A DNA stretch of 62,963 nucleotides, the filler included. It is 2 parts of 2 records of this genome, joined end to end, with 100 filler letters (N's around TTAATTAATTAA, not from the genome) between each part and the next. Parts side by side here need not be neighbours in the genome. Positions count along the whole stretch, not along the records: positions 1 to 31,088 come from SRR20825006_324; 1 more part is not named here. One strand, 5' to 3'. The first letter of the stretch is position 1, and the number at the start of each line of letters is the position of its first letter. Both the position numbers and the translations under genes were made by a program. The notes beneath the pieces are model-generated. The model was not told the DNA's origin. It did not search any database and worked only from the letters and a program-made list of their open reading frames with translations. Shown here piece by piece: positions 1-9,251 of this stretch.

Positions 1-138
1 CTTGCCGCCGATATACATGCCGGGGCGCAGCCGGACGTGTTCCATGTCTTCGAGGACTTGAATGGATGAGGCGTCATAGGTGGAGGCTTTGGCTTTGAGA
101 TTGGGATCGGGGTGGCCGGAAAGGAGATCGTCGGACAT
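1..138 (-). CDS. parE: DNA topoisomerase IV subunit B, N-terminal part (runs off the window)
   Basis: Manual translation from ATG at 138: [54 protein letters not shown]...HVR.RPGMYIG is the GyrB/ParE N-terminal signature; the MSDDLL leader fits alphaproteobacterial ParE. Confidence 0.8.
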   Translation of the reverse strand, partial: MSDDLLSGHPDPNLKAKASTYDASSIQVLEDMEHVRLRPGMYIGGK

Positions 139-324
139 GGGTGTGGCGCTCGATTCTTAGAGTTTGCTCGTTGGGCTAGGATTAGACCATTCAGAACCGG
201 GTGACGCAAGCTGTTGAGGCGCGCGGGCGCGGGGGCAGAGAAAACCTTGCCTCAGATCAAGGAAAAAGAAAGAGATTTCATGTAACAGGGGGTGTAACGG
301 ATGTAAAAATGGAGAACCGTCTGC

Positions 325-1341
325 ATGACGACGACTGTAAAAGCTGTGCCTGCCACTGTGAAAAATGAACCTGTGGCCGGGCAGGAGGGCGTTGCCGTCG
401 AGACCATGCCTGTGGCGGCGCACGACAGGGTGACGGAACCGGCCACACGCGGTGGACCTAAAACATTTCCAACCGTGACGCCGGACAAAATCCGTGCGGC
501 CTTTGAGACCGGGAAATATCCCTACCGCAAAAAGATGACGCGGGTGGAATATGAGACCACGAAAGTCGCGCTTCAGGCCGAATTGTTGAAGGCCCAGATC
601 TGGGCGCAAGAAACGGGCGAGAAATTCGTGTTGTTGTTTGAGGGCCGCGATGCGGCGGGCAAGGGCGGCACGATCAAACGGTTCATGGAGCATATGAACC
701 CGCGCCACGCCCGTGTGGTGGCGCTGAACAAACCGACCGACGAAGAGCGCGGCCAATGGTTTTTCCAACGCTATGTCGAATATCTGCCGACCTCGGGCGA
801 ATTCGTGCTCTATGACCGCTCTTGGTACAACCGCGCGGGGGTGGAGCGGGTGATGGGGTTTTGTACGCCCAATGATTACCTCGAATTCATGCGTCAGACG
901 CCGGAATTTGAACGGATGCTGACGCGTTCGGGCATCCGGCTTTATAAGTACTGGTTCTCGGTGACCCAAGTCGAACAGCAACGCCGCTTTGCCTCGCGCG
1001 AAAACGATCCGCTGAAACAGTGGAAACTCTCGCCGATTGATAAGGCCTCATTGGACAAATGGGACGATTACACCGAAGCGAAAGAGGCGATGTTTTTCTA
1101 CACCGATACGGCCGATGCGCCTTGGACGATTGTGAAATCCAACGACAAAAAACGCGCGCGGGTGGAATGTATGAAACATTTCCTGTCCACCATCGACTAC
1201 CCGGACAAGGATATGGACTTGATCGGCCAGCCGGATCCGTTGATCGTGGGCAATGCGGGCCATGTGGTGCATCGCTCCGAACATATCTTAGGTACGGCAT
1301 TGCACCCGGACGCGCGGCGCGGACGCAACGGCAAAGTCTAA
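325..1341 (+). CDS. ppk2: Polyphosphate kinase 2
   Basis: Walker A FEGRDAAGKGG, DRSWYNRAGVERVMGFC, WKLSPID and KSNDKKRAR motifs. Confidence 0.95.
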   Translation: MTTTVKAVPATVKNEPVAGQEGVAVETMPVAAHDRVTEPATRGGPKTFPTVTPDKIRAAFETGKYPYRKKMTRVEYETTKVALQAELLKAQIWAQETGEKFVLLFEGRDAAGKGGTIKRFMEHMNPRHARVVALNKPTDEERGQWFFQRYVEYLPTSGEFVLYDRSWYNRAGVERVMGFCTPNDYLEFMRQTPEFERMLTRSGIRLYKYWFSVTQVEQQRRFASRENDPLKQWKLSPIDKASLDKWDDYTEAKEAMFFYTDTADAPWTIVKSNDKKRARVECMKHFLSTIDYPDKDMDLIGQPDPLIVGNAGHVVHRSEHILGTALHPDARRGRNGKV

Positions 1342-1384
1342 CGGGCGGCTCACCTCAGGCTAGAGTGTTTGATCTGCAATGAAG

Positions 1385-1418
1385 ACAAAGGCCCTGTCCG
1401 CAAGGATGGGACTTTTGT
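1385..1418. terminator. Possible intrinsic terminator between convergent genes
   Basis: Imperfect hairpin with GCAA loop, flanked by A and T runs. Confidence 0.45.
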
Positions 1419-1421
1419 GTG

Positions 1422-2387
1422 TCAGCCGTTGGCGGCGGCGAATTTGCTCATCAGATAGGGGCCGGAGGTGACGGGTTTTGTGGCCGCACCCGACAGCGGG
1501 GTGATCTTGGCGTGCCAATTGGGTTGGTGGAAAAACGCCAAGGACATCCGTCGCTTGGTGGCCCAATCGGGCGGTGTGACAACACGGTGTAGCGTCGAGG
1601 TCCAGCGCCCAGCCGTCCAAAGCGTCATCAGATCGCCGATGTTGATCACAAACGCGCCATCAATCGGCGGCACGCCGCGCCAATCGCCCTCGGGCGTGAG
1701 GATTTCAAGCCCGCGCGAGCCGGGTTCTGGCAACAGGATGGTCAAAGAGCCGTAATCGGTATGTGCCCCAGCACGCAATTGGTTTTCTTTCGGTGCGCTG
1801 TCTTGGGCCGGGTAATTGAGGGCGCGCAGCGCCGAGATCGGCGTGTCGATAAAGGGCGTGAAATGGTCCTGCGGCAGATTGAGGGCGACAGCAAAGACCT
1901 CCATGATCCGAACAGCGAGCGCCTCCATTTCAGTATAATAGGCGCACCATGCCGCGCGGAAACCGGGCATGTCTGGCCAAGGCGTGGGCGCATAGCAAAA
2001 GGCCAAAGCATCGGGGTCGGTCTCGCCGGGCGGGATGCTCAAAGGCCCGCCATTGAAGCTTTCCTTCAAATCCGGCGGCGTGTCTTCGCCGCGCGATTTG
2101 GCCAAAGCCTCGGTGCCCGGACCAAGATAGCCATAGGGCGCACCGGGGACGGGGCCGACCCGGTGTTTCACCTCGGGCGCAAGATCGAAAAAGCCGCGCG
2201 CCTTGGCCCAAATCGCGTCGATCACCTGCTGTGGCACGCCATGACCCGTGACGGCAAGAAACCCGGTTTCGACACAGATGCGGTCCACCTCAGCGGCAAT
2301 TTTGGCCTTGCCGGAGGCATCGGCTGCGGCAAAGGCGGCTAGGTCGAGCAGGGGGAAATCGGGTTGGGACGTGTCTGTTTTGGGCAT
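1422..2387 (-). CDS. 2-oxoglutarate/Fe(II) dioxygenase, isopenicillin N synthase-like family
   Basis: DIOX_N-like start (FPLLDL...TGFLAVTGHGVP), HTDYG, second His (STLHRV), RMS; start taken at MPKTD. Confidence 0.9.
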   Translation of the reverse strand: MPKTDTSQPDFPLLDLAAFAAADASGKAKIAAEVDRICVETGFLAVTGHGVPQQVIDAIWAKARGFFDLAPEVKHRVGPVPGAPYGYLGPGTEALAKSRGEDTPPDLKESFNGGPLSIPPGETDPDALAFCYAPTPWPDMPGFRAAWCAYYTEMEALAVRIMEVFAVALNLPQDHFTPFIDTPISALRALNYPAQDSAPKENQLRAGAHTDYGSLTILLPEPGSRGLEILTPEGDWRGVPPIDGAFVINIGDLMTLWTAGRWTSTLHRVVTPPDWATKRRMSLAFFHQPNWHAKITPLSGAATKPVTSGPYLMSKFAAANG

Positions 2388-2560
2388 GGCGGTCTCTTTA
2401 AGGTCGGGCATTTGGGACACCGTTTCGCGACCCCGTGCCTCTGTCAACCGGAGCGAGGCCACAGGGACGTGCACAGGGGGTGCGCAAGAACGGGCTCGCC
2501 AGAAGGCTGAGGCAAGGTTAGGCTGGGCGGAACCGCAGACAGAGAGACGACAGGACGCGC

Positions 2561-3016
2561 ATGGACGAGATCGTGTTACGCTTCGCGACGCGCGCGGACA
2601 CAGAGGCGGTGACGTGCTTGGTGGCAGAGGCTTTTGCGATTTACACACCAAAGATCGGTAAACCCCCGGCACCTGTGTTTTATGACTATGGGGCGCTGAT
2701 TGAGACGGGGTTGGTGAGCGTGGCCATTGCTGGCGCGGAGGTGCTCGGCATGGTCTATCTCTACGCCCAAGACGGCGACACGGCGATGCTGGATGTTCTG
2801 GCGGTGGCTGAGGCGGCGCAGGGGCGCGGGCTGGCGCGGTTGTTGATCACGCGGGCCGAAGAGCAGGCGCGCAGGATGGGGGCGCAGCGTATCGACGTTT
2901 ATACCAATGTCGTGATGGAGGGACCGCTGGTTTTATATCCCAAACTGGGATTTTCCGAGACCCATCGCGGTGAAAGCGACGGGTATCAGCGGGTGCATTT
3001 CAGCAAAGAGCTATAA
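2561..3016 (+). CDS. GNAT family N-acetyltransferase
   Basis: Acetyl-CoA motif LAVAEAAQGRGLAR; LYPKLGF. Confidence 0.85.
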   Translation: MDEIVLRFATRADTEAVTCLVAEAFAIYTPKIGKPPAPVFYDYGALIETGLVSVAIAGAEVLGMVYLYAQDGDTAMLDVLAVAEAAQGRGLARLLITRAEEQARRMGAQRIDVYTNVVMEGPLVLYPKLGFSETHRGESDGYQRVHFSKEL

Positions 3017-3027
3017 GGGCGGATCGC

Positions 3028-3462
3028 TCAGGCGTCGTCGCCAAATCCATTCATCCGTTTGGCCCATTGAAACGCCACGATCATGCCTTTGAACCGCGGC
3101 AACAGGAACAGCGACAAGGCAACGGTGCCCGTGGCAAAAATCGCGATCAAGACCAAAGGATCGGGGCGGAATTCGATAAAAGCCCAGCCCAAAAGCGGCG
3201 CCATCAGGTGGCCGACAATCAAAATGGTCAGATAGGCGGGGCCGTCATCGGCACGGTGATGAAACAATTCCTCGCCGCAGACCGGACATTCGTCGCGGAC
3301 TTTCAAATAGCCTTTCATCATCGGACCGCCGCCACAGGAGGGGCAGCGCCGTTTCCAGCCGCGCAAAAGGGCGGGGCGCATTTCGCGTTCGCCTGCACGC
3401 GCCGGGGCGGTGTCAGACAGGGAGGAGGGGGTGGCGCTGAGGCCCTGAGTCGTGTCGGTCAT
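3028..3462 (-). CDS. DUF983 zinc-ribbon membrane protein
   Basis: RCPSCG...CPVCG, RADDGPAY, two TM helices. Confidence 0.85.
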   Translation of the reverse strand: MTDTTQGLSATPSSLSDTAPARAGEREMRPALLRGWKRRCPSCGGGPMMKGYLKVRDECPVCGEELFHHRADDGPAYLTILIVGHLMAPLLGWAFIEFRPDPLVLIAIFATGTVALSLFLLPRFKGMIVAFQWAKRMNGFGDDA

Positions 3463-3703
3463 GTGCGGTTCGCCTCTTTGCGGATATGGGCGTGAGTTTA
3501 AGCGACAAAGTCTTACGCAAACCTGCGCGCTTTGTCCTTGCGTCCCGATGTCGCGTCCGGGGGGGGTGAGTGTCTTTCACATTATTTGAGCCGTTTGCGA
3601 CGGAAGTGCGAGGGTGGCCCGTTTCATAAGTATCAAAGCGCGCTGCATGTAGGTCTCGAAGCGAGGTCGGAGCGGCGCGCAGGAGTAACCCTGTGAAAAG
3701 GAA

Positions 3704-4267
3704 ATGAACATGAAACGCAATACATTTGTCTCAGCTCTCGCTTTGCTTGCCGTGCTGGGTGGGTCCGTCGCGGCGTTTGCCGCTGGTGGTCCGAACAATC
3801 CCGATCAAATGGGCGGGATGCGCGGCGATATGAAAATGGAACGCGGACAGGGCTTCATGCCGTTTGGGCCGGAGTTTGATTTTGCCACCGTGGACAGCGA
3901 TGGCGATGGCAAACTGTCCTTGGCCGAGGTCGATGCGTTCAAAGCGGCGCGGTTTGCCGAAGTGGATGCGGATGGCAATGGCACAGTGGATGCGGCTGAA
4001 TTGCTCGCCCACCAAGAGGCGCAGCGCATGAACCGGATGCAGATGCGCGCCGAAGCCACGATCCAAAACCGCGACACCGATGGCGATGGTGTGTTGAGCG
4101 CCGAAGAAATGGGCAACGCCCCGCGCCTCAGCCTGTTTGACCGGCTGGACCGCGACAAGGATGGCGCGATCAGCCAAGAAGAACTGGCCCTGATGCAACA
4201 GCGGATGCAGGGCCATATGCAAAACGGGCGTTCGGGGATGAAAGTGCCGGGTCAGGGCCGGAACTAA
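3704..4267 (+). CDS. Exported EF-hand calcium-binding protein
   Basis: Signal peptide and four EF loops: DSDGDGKLSLAE, DADGNGTVDAAE, DTDGDGVLSAEE, DRDKDGAISQEE. Confidence 0.85.
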   Translation: MNMKRNTFVSALALLAVLGGSVAAFAAGGPNNPDQMGGMRGDMKMERGQGFMPFGPEFDFATVDSDGDGKLSLAEVDAFKAARFAEVDADGNGTVDAAELLAHQEAQRMNRMQMRAEATIQNRDTDGDGVLSAEEMGNAPRLSLFDRLDRDKDGAISQEELALMQQRMQGHMQNGRSGMKVPGQGRN

Positions 4268-4349
4268 GCGTTGGGAGCGCGGGGAAGGGATTTCTCTTCC
4301 CCACCGCCTCACAGTGGACGCCACCAACAGTTTGAGATAGCCATAGCCG

Positions 4350-4943
4350 GTGATGGATATGCCCTTTGACGCCCTGAGTGATGTCTCTGATGACGCGTTG
4401 CTGATTGCCTTTGGCAATGGCGATGCGGCCTCGGCGCGCGCGTTGACGTTGCGTTTGACGCCAAAGGTTCTGGGCTATGCCGCGCGACTGTTGCGTGATC
4501 GGGCGGAGGCCGAAGATGTGGCTCAGGAGGCGATGCTCAGGCTGTGGAAAATCGCCCCCGAATGGCGACAGGGCGAGGCCAAGGTTACCACATGGCTCTA
4601 CCGGGTGGTGACCAACCTGTGCACGGATCGGCTGCGTAAAAAACGCGGCAATGCCTTGGACGAAATTGCCGAGCCCGAGGATGATCGCCCCTCGCAAGAG
4701 GCGGTGATGATCCAGCGGGAGCGGATTGATGCGTTGAATGCGGCTTTGGCGACATTGCCAGACCGACAACGCGAAGCGGTGGTGCTGCGCCACATTGAAG
4801 GTTTGGGCAATCCTGAGATTGCCGAAGTGTTGGACATTAGCGTCGAGGCGGTGGAAAGTTTGACCGCCCGAGGCAAACGCGCCCTGACGCAGGCATTGGC
4901 CGCGCAGCGCGACAGACTGGGGTTCGAAGATGACGCATCGTGA
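4350..4943 (+). CDS. ECF RNA polymerase sigma-70 factor
   Basis: Region 2 (AEDVAQEAMLRLW, TWLYRVVTNLCTD) and region 4 (LPDRQREAVVLRH...EIAEVL). Confidence 0.92.
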   Translation: MMDMPFDALSDVSDDALLIAFGNGDAASARALTLRLTPKVLGYAARLLRDRAEAEDVAQEAMLRLWKIAPEWRQGEAKVTTWLYRVVTNLCTDRLRKKRGNALDEIAEPEDDRPSQEAVMIQRERIDALNAALATLPDRQREAVVLRHIEGLGNPEIAEVLDISVEAVESLTARGKRALTQALAAQRDRLGFEDDAS

Positions 4944-5355
4944 TGATAAAATGACAGATGGTCTTTTAGATCAATCGCTTGAGGCGCTGTTTGCCGAGGT
5001 GCGCGACGAGGCTGTGATGCCCTCGACTGCGCTTTTGGCCGCGGTCATGGCCGATGCGGAAACCCAAATCGCCACACGCGCCCGCCAAGAGGCGATATGT
5101 CGCGCGTCTCTGCGCCCGAAACAGCGCCATCCCATGCTGGCGGCCATGGTTGCGGCGCTGGGCGGATGGCGGGCGGTGGCGGGATTGGCCACGGCGGCGG
5201 TGACGGGGCTGGCGATTGGATTGGGCGCGCCATCGACGGTGACCAATTTGGCGACGGGCAGCTATAGCGAGAGCGCCACGGTTGAGATGACATCGGCGGG
5301 CGATGCGCTTGATGCTTTGGTCCCAAGTTTCTACGATCTCGCTTTGGAAGGATAA
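4930..5355 (+). CDS. Putative anti-sigma factor (single TM helix)
   Basis: Overlaps the ECF sigma stop; one central hydrophobic helix. Confidence 0.55.
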   Translation: MTHRDDKMTDGLLDQSLEALFAEVRDEAVMPSTALLAAVMADAETQIATRARQEAICRASLRPKQRHPMLAAMVAALGGWRAVAGLATAAVTGLAIGLGAPSTVTNLATGSYSESATVEMTSAGDALDALVPSFYDLALEG

Positions 5356-5358
5356 GCC

Positions 5359-5934
5359 ATGACGGATGACAGCCAAATGACGCCCGAACACGGCCCTGCC
5401 GAGAGCACGCATAAAAAGCCGTTTCGCTGGAGCCGTGTGGTTTTGGTGGTGTCACTGGCGCTGAACCTTGCGGTGATCGGCACAGTGGCGGGCGCTTTGT
5501 TGCGCTGGGATGCGGGCGTGGACCGGGCGCGGGCGATGCAGGTGCGCGATTTTGGCTTTGGCCCCTTCGTCGGCGCGTTGGAAACCAAAGATCGTCGCGA
5601 TGTCGGGCGCAGTTTTGTGCGCTCTGTCGGCAATCCGCGCGAGGCACGGGCCGAGGTGAAAGCCATGTTTGCGCAGATGATTACAACGTTGAAGGCGGAG
5701 CCGTTTGATCGGCAGGCCTTTGAAACGCTTTTGCTGCAACAGCAACAGAAATTTTCCAGCCGCCAAGAGATCGGCGCACAGATTGTTGTCGATCAAATCG
5801 CTCAGATGAGTGCCTCAGATCGTGCCGCCTATGCGACGCGCCTTGAGGACATGCTGAAAAAACCGCCACGCTCGCCACATACGGGCGATGGTGTGCGCGA
5901 TGCTGCGCCGCGCGACGATCAAAGACAGAATTAA
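5359..5934 (+). CDS. Periplasmic heavy-metal sensor (ZraP/CpxP-like helical) family protein
   Basis: N-terminal anchor VSLALNLAVIG followed by a helical domain; usual position after an ECF/anti-sigma pair. Confidence 0.65.
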   Translation: MTDDSQMTPEHGPAESTHKKPFRWSRVVLVVSLALNLAVIGTVAGALLRWDAGVDRARAMQVRDFGFGPFVGALETKDRRDVGRSFVRSVGNPREARAEVKAMFAQMITTLKAEPFDRQAFETLLLQQQQKFSSRQEIGAQIVVDQIAQMSASDRAAYATRLEDMLKKPPRSPHTGDGVRDAAPRDDQRQN

Positions 5935-5960
5935 GAGGCGCCCTAAAGGGGAAACCGCAT

Positions 5961-5991
5961 AAAAGAGGCGCCTGCGGGTGCCTTTTATTTT
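5961..5991. terminator. Probable bidirectional terminator
   Basis: AAAAGAGGCGCC-tgc-GGGTGCCTTTTATTTT between convergent genes. Confidence 0.55.
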
Positions 5992-6002
5992 GGCGTGACG
6001 CT

Positions 6003-7388
6003 TTAGGCCGCGTAAGACCCCAGAGCGACCTGATTGCGCCCCTCGGCTTTGGCCCCATAAAGTGCCTGATCGGCGATGGCAATCAGATCGGAGACTTTCG
6101 GGGCTTGCCCGCCTATTCCGCCGCCCATGGCCAGACCGATGGAGGCAGAGACGGTGATCGGCGTGCTATCGGCTGAGATCGCGACCGGGCGGGCACAGAT
6201 CGCCGCACGCAACCGTTCGGCGGCGGCGCGCGCCTCCATCAACGTGGTCATCGGCATACAGACCAAAAACTCTTCGCCACCAAAGCGCGCCACCAAATCC
6301 ATACCGCGTAGATTGTCGCGCATCCGGTGCGCCACCTCGACCAAAACATCATCCCCGACCGCATGACCATAGCTGTCATTGACCAATTTGAATCGATCAA
6401 TATCCACCAACATCAAGGCAAAATGTTGCCCGTTTTCATGGGATTCCTTAGCGATTTTCTCAAGATGGGGCAGGGCATAGCGGCGATTGTACAACCCGGT
6501 GAGGCTGTCGATTGTTGCCAAACGCAATCCCTCATCAAAGGTTTGTTTGAGTTGATCGGATTCTTTTTTGCGGCGCATTTGCGTGCGTAGGCGCAGGGCC
6601 ATTTCTTCCGGGTCAGCCCCGCGGGTGATCAGGTCATTGGCGCCCAGATCAAGCGCCATCAATGCCTCGCGCCGGTCCTGTTGACCATGCACAACGACGA
6701 TGCCGCAGGTCCGGGTCGCATCGCGTGCGCGCAGGTCAGAGATCAACCGAATCCCCTCCGCTCCACCGCCAAACTGTGCCGAAATCACATAGAGGTCAGA
6801 GACATTCCCATTGTAGATCGCCTCCAAAACATGATCCCCCCGCTCGATTACGATCTCATCCGACGTCATGCCGCGCAAACCAGCGCGCCAGGTCATCGCC
6901 TCTTCGGTTGTGGCCCCGATGAGAGTGATTTTGCCTGGGGTTTCAAAATGGCTCGCCGGTTCGGAAAACCCAAGCGCATGGGCCGTCTCGTTACGCCGAC
7001 GCAATTCCTCAGAAGTGGCCGAGGCCCGCATCAACGCGCGCACGCGGGCGGTCAGCGTCAGTTCATCCAGCGGCTTGGTGAGGAACTCATCGGCACCCGC
7101 TTTGAGGGCGGCAATCCGCGCGGTCGTGTCATGGGCCGGGGTGATGATGGCGACGGGAATATGGGCGGTGAGCGGGTCTTTTTTGAGCGCGGCACAGACC
7201 GCATACCCCGTCATATCGCCCAGATTGCCATCCAGAATGATCAGATTTGGTCGCAACTCACGCGCGCGGGCAAGGGCGTCAGACCCCGTGGCCGCCTGAG
7301 ACACATCATAAAAGGCAGAAGCGAGTTTCACCTTTAGGATGATGCGATTGGTCGGCACGTTGTCCGCGATCAAAATCCTGCCCGCCAT
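6003..7388 (-). CDS. pleD: PleD-like response-regulator diguanylate cyclase
   Basis: Two receiver-like domains, DSLTGLYNRR, RxxD I-site (RGMD) and GGEEF. Confidence 0.85.
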   Translation of the reverse strand: MAGRILIADNVPTNRIILKVKLASAFYDVSQAATGSDALARARELRPNLIILDGNLGDMTGYAVCAALKKDPLTAHIPVAIITPAHDTTARIAALKAGADEFLTKPLDELTLTARVRALMRASATSEELRRRNETAHALGFSEPASHFETPGKITLIGATTEEAMTWRAGLRGMTSDEIVIERGDHVLEAIYNGNVSDLYVISAQFGGGAEGIRLISDLRARDATRTCGIVVVHGQQDRREALMALDLGANDLITRGADPEEMALRLRTQMRRKKESDQLKQTFDEGLRLATIDSLTGLYNRRYALPHLEKIAKESHENGQHFALMLVDIDRFKLVNDSYGHAVGDDVLVEVAHRMRDNLRGMDLVARFGGEEFLVCMPMTTLMEARAAAERLRAAICARPVAISADSTPITVSASIGLAMGGGIGGQAPKVSDLIAIADQALYGAKAEGRNQVALGSYAA

Positions 7389-7518
7389 AGGGACCTCTCA
7401 GAGAGCCGTGTTATTTTGCCGGCTTTGGGTTTCGTGTGTCGAATGCTGTTGCACCTGTTAGGGAATTTGGTTGAGAAAGGTTAAGAAAGCGTTTCCAACC
7501 CCACGGAGTTATCCACAG

Positions 7519-7797
7519 ATGAAGCAGGAATCCGCCGAGGTGATTGCCCTCAAAACCTTGACGTGGCTGGTCGGTGATGAAGAAATTTTGCCTATTTTTC
7601 TTGGCTCTAGCGGCATGAGCCCGGAGGAGTTGCGTATGCGCGCCACGGAGATGGACGTGCTCTCTGCGGTTCTTGATTTCGTGACCATGAACGATGAATG
7701 GGTTAACGCCTGTGCCATGGCGACCGGTCTTGATCCACATGATCCGATGCGTGCGCGTCAGGCGCTTCCGGGCGGCGCAGACATCCACTGGACCTGA
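7519..7797 (+). CDS. DUF3572 family protein
   Basis: AEVIALKTLTWL...FLG.SG.SPEELR...LPG pattern; divergent from pleD as in other alphaproteobacteria. Confidence 0.75.
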   Translation: MKQESAEVIALKTLTWLVGDEEILPIFLGSSGMSPEELRMRATEMDVLSAVLDFVTMNDEWVNACAMATGLDPHDPMRARQALPGGADIHWT

Positions 7798-7806
7798 GGA
7801 TCATCC

Positions 7807-8541
7807 ATGTCACTTATTCCAATGACGCCACAGCAAACCCCGTCCGCGATCTCCGCGATCCTGTTTGATAAAGACGGCACATTGATGGATTTTCAAGGCA
7901 GTTGGGGGCCATGGGCGCAGGGCGTGATCCTCGAGATCTGCGGCGGGCCGGGGGAAAAGGCGGAAGCCGTGGCGCTGGCGATGGGATTTGACATGGCACA
8001 GGTACGGTTTCACCCCGACAGTGCGCTGATCGCGGGCACGCCCGAAGATGTCTTGGAGGTGTTGCAGCCGCATTTTCCGCAACTCACTCGACAACAGATT
8101 TTGGCCCGGCTCGATGCCGATCCCGATCGGTTTCTGCCGATGCCTGTGCCAGGGCTTGGCAACATCTGTGCCGCTCTGACACAGGCGGGGTATGCGCTTG
8201 CTGTCGTGACCAATGATTTCGAGGCTTCGGCCCATGATCATCTGCGGCAAATGGATGTGTTGGCGCATTTTTCCGCAGTGGTCGGCTATGATAGTGGCTA
8301 TGGCGGCAAACCTGCGCCGGGGCCGTGTTTGGGCGCGGCCGAACGGCTTGGCGTCGCCCCTTCGGGCTGTGTGATGGTGGGTGACAGTCTTCACGATCTG
8401 GTGGCGGGACGTGCGGCTGGCATGATGACCGTTGCCGTTTTGACGGGGGTCGCGCAGGCCCATGAGCTTGCGCCCCATGCCGATGTGGTTTTGGACAGTG
8501 TCGCAGACCTGTTTGATTGGCTGTGCCACAGACAGATTTAG
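7807..8541 (+). CDS. HAD family hydrolase (phosphoglycolate phosphatase-like)
   Basis: Motif I FDKDGTL, KPAP, motif IV VGDSLHD. Confidence 0.88.
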   Translation: MSLIPMTPQQTPSAISAILFDKDGTLMDFQGSWGPWAQGVILEICGGPGEKAEAVALAMGFDMAQVRFHPDSALIAGTPEDVLEVLQPHFPQLTRQQILARLDADPDRFLPMPVPGLGNICAALTQAGYALAVVTNDFEASAHDHLRQMDVLAHFSAVVGYDSGYGGKPAPGPCLGAAERLGVAPSGCVMVGDSLHDLVAGRAAGMMTVAVLTGVAQAHELAPHADVVLDSVADLFDWLCHRQI

Positions 8542-8651
8542 GATTTTACCGATATGTGCCCCCGTGACGCGGAAAATCCCGGTGACATTGGTAATTTCTT
8601 AAGAGTGCGCACGTAAGACTTTCGCATGTGTAAGTGAGAGGCGTGCCGGTC

Positions 8652-9251
8652 ATGCACGGGATGATAAATCGAGCGATCCAATGTTTTCTGCGTGATACCT
8701 ACGGGGCGCAGGCGTGGTTGGATATTGCTGAAAATGCGGATCTTGGCTTTGAAAACTTCGAAGCCATGCTGAGCTATCCGGATCAGATCACGTTGGACGT
8801 GCTGGGCCGGGCGGCGCGGCATTTGCATAAACCTGTTGAAACCTTTCTTGAGGATCTCGGAACCTATCTGGTGTCGCATCCAAATGTGGAGGCGATCCGC
8901 CGATTATTGCGATTTGGCGGCGAAAATTTTACGGAATTTCTATATTCACTCAATGACTTGGAAGGGCGTGCCAAATTGGCACTGCCCGATCTTGAGGTGC
9001 CGACGCTTTCGGTCGAATCCTGTGGCGACGGGACATTCCGACTTCGGTGTTCAAGTGCGATGCCGGGGTTTGGCTATGCTATGGTTGGCGTGATGCGGGC
9101 GATGGCGGATGACTATGGGGCCTTGGTGTTTCTGGAACATTCGGGATGGATGGATTCGGGCGAAGAAGTGATCACCATCAACTTGCTCGAAGTCGCCTAT
9201 GCCGAAGGGCGCGCCTTCGATTTGTTCGGGCGGATTGGGGATGGCATATGA
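8652..9251 (+). CDS. H-NOX (haem-NO binding) domain protein, degenerate
   Basis: MHGMIN start, YG..W..I, YPDQIT, LEDLG.Y and G.NF.EFL.SL motifs of the HNOB family. Confidence 0.8.
   Translation: MHGMINRAIQCFLRDTYGAQAWLDIAENADLGFENFEAMLSYPDQITLDVLGRAARHLHKPVETFLEDLGTYLVSHPNVEAIRRLLRFGGENFTEFLYSLNDLEGRAKLALPDLEVPTLSVESCGDGTFRLRCSSAMPGFGYAMVGVMRAMADDYGALVFLEHSGWMDSGEEVITINLLEVAYAEGRAFDLFGRIGDGI

Noticed and set aside
157-981. 274-aa antisense ORF over ppk2, and similar shadow ORFs such as 13916-15067, 21666-23078 and 47897-48820
   Set aside because: They overlap well-supported genes on the opposite strand, as expected in GC-rich or codon-biased DNA
3704-4267. EF-hand protein as lanmodulin
   Set aside because: The loops lack Pro at position 2 (DSDG, DADG, DTDG, DRDK) and the gene is outside the Ln cluster
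7509-7517. Perfect DnaA box TTATCCACA before the DUF3572 gene
   Set aside because: A single copy in the RBS spacer with no box cluster or oriC context; compatible with chance
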